Notes under the pieces: generated by a model
What the model saw: only the letters and a program-made list of their open reading frames with translations
What the model was told of the DNA's origin: nothing
Database searches by the model: none
Made by a program: the position numbers and the translations under genes
Assembly (NCBI GenBank): GCA_024403695.1
Contig: JAKSRI010000006.1
Location: 5,488 to 69,487, forward strand
Origin: Saccharofermentans sp.
Lineage (GTDB): Bacteria; Bacillota; Clostridia; Saccharofermentanales; Saccharofermentanaceae
Direction: 5' to 3'
DNA: 64,000 bases
Shown: in pieces, positions 36,373 through 44,905 of the stretch
Numbering within the stretch: position 1 is the stretch's first letter
Layout: every line of letters starts with the position of its first letter

Positions 36373-38523
36373 TTAAAATGCGATAATTCCAAATCGTTCA
36401 CATATACCTACAAATTCTGGTGACTTAACGAATCCGTTGAATACCTGTAATCTGGAAGCTCCATCATCAAGAGCCTTAACCCAATCATTAAAGCCTGCTG
36501 GATCTGGTTCACGATCCATGAAAGTTCTGTACAAACGAGTTACATATTCTTTGTTATCTAATTCCTTGCCTGTAAACTCTGGTGAGAAAAAGAAACCATA
36601 TGCTACCTTCTCACCTGTCGCAGAACCTTCCCTGAGAGCACTTGCCCATTCTGACTTTCCTTTAGGATCAGAACTTCTTCCAAGAGCAATTGTGTAAAGT
36701 CTCTCGCAGAAGCCCTCAACACCAGTCTCAGGAGTTGGTGTTGGTTTAGCTACAGGTGGAATAAATACCTGAGCCTTAATAATTAACTTACAAACAGAGC
36801 AATGAATTCCCTCTGTATAACCGCCCTTTGTATCAGTAGCAGGAATCGCAATATCGATTACTTCAGTGTGTCCCTTAGCAGGAATTACTTCCTTATCCTG
36901 TAAAATCAATTCACACCTATCACACTTAACGCCTGCTTTGAGTCCGTCTTCTGTACAGGTTGCGTCTTTTGATTCCCCATATGGAACTTCATTATGACCT
37001 AATGCAGGAAGAGGCATATTAGGATAACCAACATATCCACATATAGAGCAAATCTTTGAACCTGTATTTCCTAGATTTGTACATGTAGGCTTTGTGCCCT
37101 CAGATTCAATATAAACGTGTCCAGTAGCAGGAATTATTTCTCCCCAAAAGCTAACCTCATTACATCTAGTACAAATAATTCTATAGTTATAACCGTCATC
37201 CATACATGTTGGTTCTTTATTTACAACAGAACCACTATGACCGATAGGAGGAATTATATCCCCTTCGTAAAGAACTTCATTACATCTTTCACAGATGGTA
37301 CGATTACGAAGGCCTGTTTCAACACATCCAGGATATGTCATTGGTTCAACGAATTCCAAATGTCCGATAGCGGGGATGCTTGTTCCAGGACGAAGCATTT
37401 TATTACAATCCAAACAATACGTTGAATTTAACCTACCTCTCTCTGTACATGTTGGAGGTATAGTAGGAGGTGTATATGGATTATGTGTATAGTTATATGT
37501 GATATTTAAATTTGCTTCTAGACATACAGTGATAGCTTCACTCTGCTCAAAAATACAACGACCATTAATAACAAGATCTTTATTTAATGGGATACTATCA
37601 TCACCAAGAATTTTTAATGAAGATGGTAAATTTAATACTGTAAATGAATCACATCCAGCAAAAGCCAAATCGCCAATTGTCGTAACAGAATCTGGCACAT
37701 TTATAGAAGGTAATTTTCCACAATTCTCAAACGCACCAGTCTCGATACTCTCTAGAGTAATTGGCAAAGTAATTTTACGCAAACTCGTAAAATCACTGAA
37801 TGCATAATTACCAATAGACTTAACTCCATAAGGAATGAAAACGTTACTAACTGTAGTCTTAATAAAATCAGGAAAATTACATCCATCAATCTTGTTAAAA
37901 TTCTCATCATATCTGTCAGCAATATCACCACTACCAACTAATACAACAGAATCGTACTTACCATCTCTATTAGCATCTCTTGCTGTGTATTTGATGTTAG
38001 AACCATATTTTCCACTATAATCAGAAGTAAAAAAAACACCAGTATATTGACTATACATATCTACTGAAACAGGTGAATCACCACTAATAAATAATTTTCT
38101 ATTAGCAGCATTATTTACAAATGCACCTTCACCTACAATCTCTACTGAATCAGGGATAGAAACTTTTTTAACATTAACAGCATCATAAAGGAAATAGCAG
38201 CCAACAGAAGTTACACCGTCATCAATAACTACTTCTTCAATACTAGCTATTACATCATCGGAAATATAATCACAACGATCAACATAATCAGAACACTCTG
38301 GAGAGTTAAAGTCATACATGTTACCCAGGCCCTGAACATGAAGAACATCATAAACAGCATCTCCATCAATATCTGTGGCAATATAAATTAAATCTTCTCC
38401 AATTTCACCTTTAATAATAGCTTCCGTGTCAGCATTAATCTGATTACCACCAGCAATTAATGCAACACCAGTAACTGTAGAAATTAATACACCAGCTAAT
38501 ATACGAATTGTACGATTAATCAT
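36373..38523 (-). CDS. Secreted BspA-type LRR protein with six Cys/His repeats and a DUF4214 anchor
   Basis: Signal peptide, LRR_5 repeats (IPDSVTTIG..AF), GH..PTCT..G..CxxC repeats, ERLY..LGR..D..G...W modules. Confidence 0.85.
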   Translation of the reverse strand: MINRTIRILAGVLISTVTGVALIAGGNQINADTEAIIKGEIGEDLIYIATDIDGDAVYDVLHVQGLGNMYDFNSPECSDYVDRCDYISDDVIASIEEVVIDDGVTSVGCYFLYDAVNVKKVSIPDSVEIVGEGAFVNNAANRKLFISGDSPVSVDMYSQYTGVFFTSDYSGKYGSNIKYTARDANRDGKYDSVVLVGSGDIADRYDENFNKIDGCNFPDFIKTTVSNVFIPYGVKSIGNYAFSDFTSLRKITLPITLESIETGAFENCGKLPSINVPDSVTTIGDLAFAGCDSFTVLNLPSSLKILGDDSIPLNKDLVINGRCIFEQSEAITVCLEANLNITYNYTHNPYTPPTIPPTCTERGRLNSTYCLDCNKMLRPGTSIPAIGHLEFVEPMTYPGCVETGLRNRTICERCNEVLYEGDIIPPIGHSGSVVNKEPTCMDDGYNYRIICTRCNEVSFWGEIIPATGHVYIESEGTKPTCTNLGNTGSKICSICGYVGYPNMPLPALGHNEVPYGESKDATCTEDGLKAGVKCDRCELILQDKEVIPAKGHTEVIDIAIPATDTKGGYTEGIHCSVCKLIIKAQVFIPPVAKPTPTPETGVEGFCERLYTIALGRSSDPKGKSEWASALREGSATGEKVAYGFFFSPEFTGKELDNKEYVTRLYRTFMDREPDPAGFNDWVKALDDGASRLQVFNGFVKSPEFVGICERFGIIAF

Positions 38524-38613
38524 AAATACTCCCCAATACAGAAAAATCTATTTTAATTATAAATCATATAGAAGCCACTATTTATTAATAAAAAGTAAAA
38601 GAAATCTGACCAC

Positions 38614-38649
38614 AAAAAATCTCGAGCCGTCGAATGACGACCCGAGATT
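38614..38649 (-). terminator. Terminator after the 1280-aa surface protein gene
   Basis: Minus strand ATCTCGGGTCGTC-ATTC-GACGGCTCGAGAT-TTTTT. Confidence 0.85.
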
Positions 38650-38654
38650 ATTAA

Positions 38655-38728
38655 ATAGCGCACCTAACTAATTTGCGGACTTACGCACAAGCGAAGCGCG
38701 GAGGACTGAAGCAAATTAGTTAGTAAGC
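38655..38728 (-). repeat. 74-bp palindromic element, copy 2 (inverted relative to copy 1)
   Basis: Perfect 13-bp stem CTAACTAATTTGC (38664-38676) / GCAAATTAGTTAG (38711-38723); overlaps the stop codon of the 38720-42562 gene. Confidence 0.95.
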
Positions 38729-41700
38729 AATAATTCCTGCCTTCTCACAAATTGCAACAAACTCAGGAGACTTAACAAATCCGTTGAATACCTGCTCACG
38801 TGAAGCACCATCTTCCTTCATTGCGTTTACCCATGCCTGGAATCCTGCTGCATCTGGTTCACGATCCATAAATGTGAGGTACAAACGTCTTACAAACTCT
38901 TCGTCTGTATGATTAGCAAGCTCGAACTCCTTGGAGAAGAAGAATCCATGTGCAACACTGGAACCTGTTCCCTCCTTGTTAGCGAGTGCTTTCGCCCACG
39001 CTGCCTTACCATCAGGATCTGCATTTCTACCGAGACATGTTGTATAGAGTCTCTCTGTGAAATCGAGGATAGGCTGTGTTGGATTTACTACTGGCTTTGG
39101 CTCTGTAGGAGTAGCGGATCCACCAGACTTAATACCATATTTCTGACAGATATTAGCCCACTCAATGGAGTTAATAAATCCTGCAAATACCTGCTCACGA
39201 GTAGCGCCACCCTTAAGTGCCTTTACCCAAGCTGCAACACCATCCGGGTCACCAGGTCTATCCATGAATGTTCTATAGAGACGATCTACATACTCGTCAT
39301 CAGAAAGATTCTTGTTAGTGAACTCTGGTGAGAAGAAGAAGCCATTAGCAACCTTTGCTCCATCAGCAGCTCCATCCTTAAGTGCCTTTACCCAGTCAGC
39401 CTTACCTGTTGGATCAGAAGTACGTCCGAGACATACAGTATAAAGTCTCTCTACGAAGCCCTCTACTCCACCTTCTTCACCTGGTGTAGGTACTGGAGCT
39501 GTAGGTGGGATATACTGCTGTGCCTTAATAATTGTATTACATACAGAACAATGGATACCCTCTGTGTAACCTGGAGTTGTTGATGTAGCTGGTACAGCTG
39601 GATCGATAACTTCTGTATGACCCTTAGCTGGAATAGACTTCTCAGCAACAATTACATATCCACAAACAGAACACTTTGTTCCTGTTGCAGAACCAGGAGT
39701 TGTACATGTTGCTTCCTTATTTACACCTGTTGTAACAGGAGTATGGTTAGTAGCAGGAATAGTTGTTGAGTATGTCTTTACATCGTGACAATTTGAACAC
39801 CATACACTCTCAGTATGTCCTACAGTAGTACATGTTGGAGCCTGATATGGAATATTCACAACATAATTATGACCTGTAGGAGCAATATACATATTTGGAC
39901 TAGTTACAAGGTTACACTTTGTACATCTTGTTACTCCAGTGAAACCATTATCAGTACATGTAGGAGCAATGTAACCAGTTGTAACTTCGTTATGGCCAGT
40001 TGCCTTAACTACTGTTCCAGCATCAAACAAATAATCACCACGTGAACATACATATCTACCTGTATATCCATCTTCTGTACATGTTGCCTCTTTATCTCCA
40101 GAAACAATATCATGGCCAAGCTTAGGAATTACAGTTGCATCTGCAAGTTTCTCATTACATCTGCTACATACAACGTCACCTGATGAACCGTCCTTAGTAC
40201 ATGTAGGAGCAATTACATTAGGTGTTGATGCACTATGACCAAGAGCTGGACCAATAACACCTGGATCAATAAGAATTCCACAATCAGAGCACTGAATTCT
40301 ATTCTTAATTGTACCCTTTGTACATGTAGGTTCCTGATTAATTACTTCCTTAGTATGACCCTTCGCAGGAATTGCAAAACCAGTATGGAAAACTGTATCA
40401 CACTTATCACAAATTACTTTACCTGTGAAGCCATCTTCAGTACATGTAGGTTCCTTCTCACCAACAGTAATAATATTATGGCTAAGAGCTGGAATTACAG
40501 TACCTGGATTTATAACTTCACCGCACTTAGAACATACTGTCTTGCCCTTAAGGCCAGCAACTGTACATGTAGCAGCTCTATCTGGTACAGCAACAGGATT
40601 GTGAGAACATACAATTTCTCTTACGTGTCCACAATAATTACATGTAGTATCTTCTGGATTATCGTAAACATGATTATCTCCAGTAGATCTACTATAGCCA
40701 CAGATCTCACAATTATTAGTACATACATATTTATAAACATGAGTTGAATGACTTGGAGCAGGGTTAGATACACCTTCGGTGTAGATATAAAGATTAGTAT
40801 TTTCAGTGATTATATCATTATCAAAATCAAACTTAATTTTATACTGTGAGTCTCTGTATACTTCCAACCTCTTAAGGTTCTCGTCAACAAGGTAGGATAA
40901 ATATCCTCCAACAGATACATATACTGTTTTTCTTAATTTGCTAGCTGTCTCATAATAATTTACTCTACAAAACTTTGTTCCTTCTGGAGCAAAAATATAG
41001 GCACTGGATTCATCATCAAACTTGGCACCAGTAAGATCATAATCAAATATATTACCCTTTGAATCATAATATTTTACAGATACGTTATCTGAAGCATCTT
41101 TTACATTAAATTTTACTAAACCAAATCCACGTACATCCTTAGCGTTCAGATTAGGAATATCAAACGTTCCACCATAAATGCTAAATTTTTCAAAAGACTG
41201 ATTGCTATTCTCAACAGTTATATGTCCGCTATCTATAACACTAATTTCATTTGAGAGTTCACCCTGATATCCTGCACCAATTGCGTCACATGTATAAATA
41301 CTATTATAAGAAGAACCTGCGAATGCTGTAACTGTATTGTTTGAAAATACCATTTGGGACATCAGTTTTCCGTGAGAAGCTGTACCAATACCAGCTCCAG
41401 GATAATACTGACCAAGACTATTACCACCACCAACAGCATAAATTGTGTTGTTATAGAAAATCATACTTCCAATGACATTACCACCAATACCAGCACCACT
41501 TTCCTGAGTCACAAAACCTTGACCTGCTAATGACTGGATATCAGAAGATTGAATATTAATAGAATTGCAAGTTGGTAAATTTTTAGGTGATGAATTATAT
41601 TTATATCCTCCAGTTCCAATACCTGATGCAGAACTTGAATATGCAACCAAAGAAGATGCATCACCACCCTTGGCATAAATCAATGACATATAAATATTAA

Positions 41701-42562
41701 TACCACTAATACTACTATCATCATTTATATCTGTTTTACAGCCACCACCAATACCGGCTCCGTAATAACCTCCATAAACTCTTCCACTACACTTATCTAG
41801 TCTAATTGATTTAACACTAGAATTTAGGCCTCCACCAATTCCAGCTCCATTATTTCCACCGTGTACATTAACAAACTGACAATCATCAAAAGTAATTGTA
41901 TTAACAGAAGATCCTGAGCTACAACCAATTGCTGCAGCATTATCTCCACCATCTGCATTAATAAAAAGATTACGGATATCAATGAAAAAAGCTTTTCCAT
42001 TTACAGCAGGGCCAATGCCAGCTCCATCTTTACCACCAGTTACAGATAATTCTGCTGCATTAACACCTATAACTTTCACATAAGTATTTGGATTTTCAAT
42101 CTGAATTGCAGCACTACCAATACCAGCAGTAAATGAAACATCACCAATGATATTAATAGTTACATATCTTGATTTATTCTTTTCACTGATAACAACACAA
42201 GGTGGTCCATCATATCTATCATTCTCATTAGAAACACTAATATTCTGGAATTCAACAATAAGATTAGAACCATCTCCATAACTTGAACATTCAAAGTTAA
42301 ATGTAACATCCTTAAATACTTTATTAACATCACCATAAAAACGAATGTTATCTTTTACAGTGATTACTCGAGTCGTAGGATCATAAGAATAATAATCATT
42401 ATCAATCTTTTTACCAAGCGACAAAATATTGTCTACATTAGCTGTAGCTGCTACATCAGCAACAACATCTTTCTGCGACAAACCAGAAAGACCCAATATT
42501 GCTATTGAGGCAACAATAATGAATGCCATAAAAAATGACACAAAGCGCGAAGCCTTACGCAT
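38720..42562 (-). CDS. Large secreted surface protein: Gly-rich beta-helix-like passenger, nine Cys/His repeats, two DUF4214 modules
   Basis: Signal peptide, repeated GAGIG(G) motifs, approx. 40-aa H..TCT..G..CxxC repeats, tandem ERLY..LGR modules. Confidence 0.85.
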   Translation of the reverse strand: MRKASRFVSFFMAFIIVASIAILGLSGLSQKDVVADVAATANVDNILSLGKKIDNDYYSYDPTTRVITVKDNIRFYGDVNKVFKDVTFNFECSSYGDGSNLIVEFQNISVSNENDRYDGPPCVVISEKNKSRYVTINIIGDVSFTAGIGSAAIQIENPNTYVKVIGVNAAELSVTGGKDGAGIGPAVNGKAFFIDIRNLFINADGGDNAAAIGCSSGSSVNTITFDDCQFVNVHGGNNGAGIGGGLNSSVKSIRLDKCSGRVYGGYYGAGIGGGCKTDINDDSSISGINIYMSLIYAKGGDASSLVAYSSSASGIGTGGYKYNSSPKNLPTCNSINIQSSDIQSLAGQGFVTQESGAGIGGNVIGSMIFYNNTIYAVGGGNSLGQYYPGAGIGTASHGKLMSQMVFSNNTVTAFAGSSYNSIYTCDAIGAGYQGELSNEISVIDSGHITVENSNQSFEKFSIYGGTFDIPNLNAKDVRGFGLVKFNVKDASDNVSVKYYDSKGNIFDYDLTGAKFDDESSAYIFAPEGTKFCRVNYYETASKLRKTVYVSVGGYLSYLVDENLKRLEVYRDSQYKIKFDFDNDIITENTNLYIYTEGVSNPAPSHSTHVYKYVCTNNCEICGYSRSTGDNHVYDNPEDTTCNYCGHVREIVCSHNPVAVPDRAATCTVAGLKGKTVCSKCGEVINPGTVIPALSHNIITVGEKEPTCTEDGFTGKVICDKCDTVFHTGFAIPAKGHTKEVINQEPTCTKGTIKNRIQCSDCGILIDPGVIGPALGHSASTPNVIAPTCTKDGSSGDVVCSRCNEKLADATVIPKLGHDIVSGDKEATCTEDGYTGRYVCSRGDYLFDAGTVVKATGHNEVTTGYIAPTCTDNGFTGVTRCTKCNLVTSPNMYIAPTGHNYVVNIPYQAPTCTTVGHTESVWCSNCHDVKTYSTTIPATNHTPVTTGVNKEATCTTPGSATGTKCSVCGYVIVAEKSIPAKGHTEVIDPAVPATSTTPGYTEGIHCSVCNTIIKAQQYIPPTAPVPTPGEEGGVEGFVERLYTVCLGRTSDPTGKADWVKALKDGAADGAKVANGFFFSPEFTNKNLSDDEYVDRLYRTFMDRPGDPDGVAAWVKALKGGATREQVFAGFINSIEWANICQKYGIKSGGSATPTEPKPVVNPTQPILDFTERLYTTCLGRNADPDGKAAWAKALANKEGTGSSVAHGFFFSKEFELANHTDEEFVRRLYLTFMDREPDAAGFQAWVNAMKEDGASREQVFNGFVKSPEFVAICEKAGIIAY

Positions 42563-42675
42563 AATATTTTCCCTCCCCGAAAAATATAAAAATATAAATA
42601 CTTATTTATTATAAATCATCGGGGTACGTCAATTATGTCAGAAATATGGCTTTCTGTAATAAAATAGTGAACTAA

Positions 42676-43278
42676 TCAAAGAAATCTGCGATTTCTCCAG
42701 CTATCAACAATCTTCTGAAGCCCGCTTACACACATAAGAACACCTGAAATGGTAAGTATCGCTTCAATGCCTCTAAAAGGAAAAATAATAACAAACAAAC
42801 CAAGTGCTGCTACAAGTGCAGACAAGATAAATGTAATCCACCACGAAATGGTCCTCCTCTTAGGTACCGCGTACATACCGCGAACTTTAATAAAACCATC
42901 AATAAGAAAGAACATTCCAATAAAAAATGTAATTATGGACATGAGTGTCATCGGATAGACAATAAATATCACACCCACAATAACAAGGAAAACAGACTTT
43001 ATAACCCTGAATTCTCTGCCAAATCCGATACTAGGACTAACAAAACAGCCAATAAAAGACATGACACCATAAGCTATCATAAGAAGTCCTGCAATAATAC
43101 CTAAGGAACCAGATACAATCATTGGCAGAAAAATAAAAAGCAAACCAACAAGAATAAGAACTATTCCAGTTATGTATGAACCAGTCCACAATTCTTTAAG
43201 CCCCTTAAGACTGAAACGACGCTTAAAATTAGGCTTAACATTATTATTAAAATAATCAACAAAATCATTTTTATTCAT
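42676..43278 (-). CDS. HdeD/DUF308 family membrane protein
   Basis: Six TM helices in repeated G..LI..G hairpins. Confidence 0.75.
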   Translation of the reverse strand: MNKNDFVDYFNNNVKPNFKRRFSLKGLKELWTGSYITGIVLILVGLLFIFLPMIVSGSLGIIAGLLMIAYGVMSFIGCFVSPSIGFGREFRVIKSVFLVIVGVIFIVYPMTLMSIITFFIGMFFLIDGFIKVRGMYAVPKRRTISWWITFILSALVAALGLFVIIFPFRGIEAILTISGVLMCVSGLQKIVDSWRNRRFL

Positions 43279-43966
43279 CGAGAGTTACCTCCCCGTTACC
43301 TGTTATATCTATAACTTCACCATTAATAGAAGCTTCTGGCTTAAATATACACTTAGCAAAATCCTTACTTCTAGCAAGAACTTCTCTGAATGAATAATAT
43401 GGCTGTGCCTCGAAGATATGACCCGTAGCAATTACACCAACTGAATCTATACCAAGAGAGTTAGCAAGGTACAAAGCACGTGATAAGTGATACTCCTGAG
43501 TAACAACTATACACTTTTTAATTTCGAAAATATTAGCTGCTCGATACATAGAATCATAAGTAGAAAGACCTGCATGATCCATGAATATATCCTCAGAAGG
43601 AACTCCACGTTCCAGAGCATATTCTCTCATGGCAGCAACCTCATTATAGTTATCCTTATAGTGATCACCGCTCATAAGAAGTTTTGGCGCTACCCCAGCA
43701 TCATAAAGAGATATAGCTGCATCAAGACGATCTGATAAAAGAGGTGTTGGAGTACCATCTGCATATACTCCACAACCAAGGACAATAATAGCGTCATAGT
43801 TCTCATCATTCTTATCTTCTATGAATGATTCAACGGAATACATCTTATTTTTAGTATTATTAAGAATAATGATATTTGTAATAACACCATACATAAGACA
43901 TAGTACAAATACTGAAAGTAAGACTATAAGTCCTACCTTTACATAATGTAATTTATTCTTTCTCAA
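43271..43966 (-). CDS. sanA: SanA/YdcF (DUF218) family protein
   Basis: IIVLGCGV, LSDRLD, LLMSGD, YNEV.AM, DHAGLSTYDSM, VTQEYHLSRA, REVLAR; TTG start. Confidence 0.88.
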   Translation of the reverse strand: MRKNKLHYVKVGLIVLLSVFVLCLMYGVITNIIILNNTKNKMYSVESFIEDKNDENYDAIIVLGCGVYADGTPTPLLSDRLDAAISLYDAGVAPKLLMSGDHYKDNYNEVAAMREYALERGVPSEDIFMDHAGLSTYDSMYRAANIFEIKKCIVVTQEYHLSRALYLANSLGIDSVGVIATGHIFEAQPYYSFREVLARSKDFAKCIFKPEASINGEVIDITGNGEVTLDE

Positions 43967-44285
43967 CGTCGTCCTTCTTATCCCTGTTCTCTATTACTGC
44001 CTTCTCATAATCAGCAATGTTCTTAGCTATACGTTTAAGCATGTATGTATCAAATACATACACAAACAAGATTACTGTTTCCAGCGCTATAACATTACCA
44101 ACAGTTAGCTTACTAACCGTAGCAGAAAGTACTGTTATCAGGATAGTACCAGAAACATAAACAGAAGTTGCGGCAATATAGAATTTTTTAAGTTTCTTAT
44201 CTTCAACATTCAAAAAGCAAAAATAAACAAGAAGCCCAAGTGATATTACCGCGAATATAATAGCCAAAATAGCAGCAGACTTCAT
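43953..44285 (-). CDS. Hypothetical three-TM membrane protein
   Basis: ATGA coupling to coaE; hydrophobic segments. Confidence 0.7.
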   Translation of the reverse strand: MKSAAILAIIFAVISLGLLVYFCFLNVEDKKLKKFYIAATSVYVSGTILITVLSATVSKLTVGNVIALETVILFVYVFDTYMLKRIAKNIADYEKAVIENRDKKDDVEKE

Positions 44286-44890
44286 ATTCTAATACCTCTC
44301 TCGTGAAGTTCCTTTTTAATAAGCTCATCAACTTTTGCTTTAAGTTCTTCACGGGTTCCTGAATTATCAATAACATGGTCCCCAAGAGCTGCATACTCAT
44401 CATCTGTCATCTGCATAGCAATACGGCGCTGAGCATCATCCTTATCCATACCACGCTTAATAAGACGATCAATTCTGACTGTATCATCACAAATAACAGT
44501 CCAAATCTGATTACAGTGGTCAACAAATCCCTTTCGTACAGGGATTGGCACATCAAGAACTACGCACTTTGTCTTACGATTACGCTCCTTCTCAAGTTCT
44601 GCATCCATGTACTGGAATACATACTTATGAACGATAGAAGACAAGATATCAAGCTTCGTATTGTCATTAAATACAACAGATGAAATATACTTACGGTTCA
44701 TGGAACCATCAGTAGAGATAGCACGCTTGCCGAACACTTCAGCAATCTCAGGCAAAGCAATGCCATTAACAGAAGTAACCTCACGGGAAATCTCATCAGC
44801 ATCGAGCACACGAAGTCCTCTGTCAGCAAGAATCGCACTAACAGAGCTCTTACCTGATCCAATACCACCTGTAACACCAACAACAAACAT
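44282..44890 (-). CDS. coaE: Dephospho-CoA kinase
   Basis: GVTGGIGSGKS, LDAD, VLDVPI, RLIKR, VIDNSG. Confidence 0.95.
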   Translation of the reverse strand: MFVVGVTGGIGSGKSSVSAILADRGLRVLDADEISREVTSVNGIALPEIAEVFGKRAISTDGSMNRKYISSVVFNDNTKLDILSSIVHKYVFQYMDAELEKERNRKTKCVVLDVPIPVRKGFVDHCNQIWTVICDDTVRIDRLIKRGMDKDDAQRRIAMQMTDDEYAALGDHVIDNSGTREELKAKVDELIKKELHERGIRI

Positions 44891-44905
44891 TTAAATTTAC
44901 CTTCT

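Noticed and set aside
36178-38728. Classical promoter-inversion phase switch
   Set aside because: Not supported as an ON/OFF switch. The segment between the repeats carries the whole gene with its own upstream region and a terminator at each end, so flipping would be nearly expression-neutral. No invertase is adjacent. Inversion itself is kept as a testable option.
39786-39803. CxxCH (CSNCH) heme-attachment motif in the 1280-aa protein
   Set aside because: It is a single occurrence inside a CxxC repeat family where the following residue varies, and no cytochrome c maturation genes are in the window.
42573-42625. CCCCGA...TCGGGG long-range pairing next to the SD of the large surface gene
   Set aside because: A likely -10 (TATAAT) lies between the arms, so the upstream arm would probably not be transcribed. 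The arms are only 6 bp.
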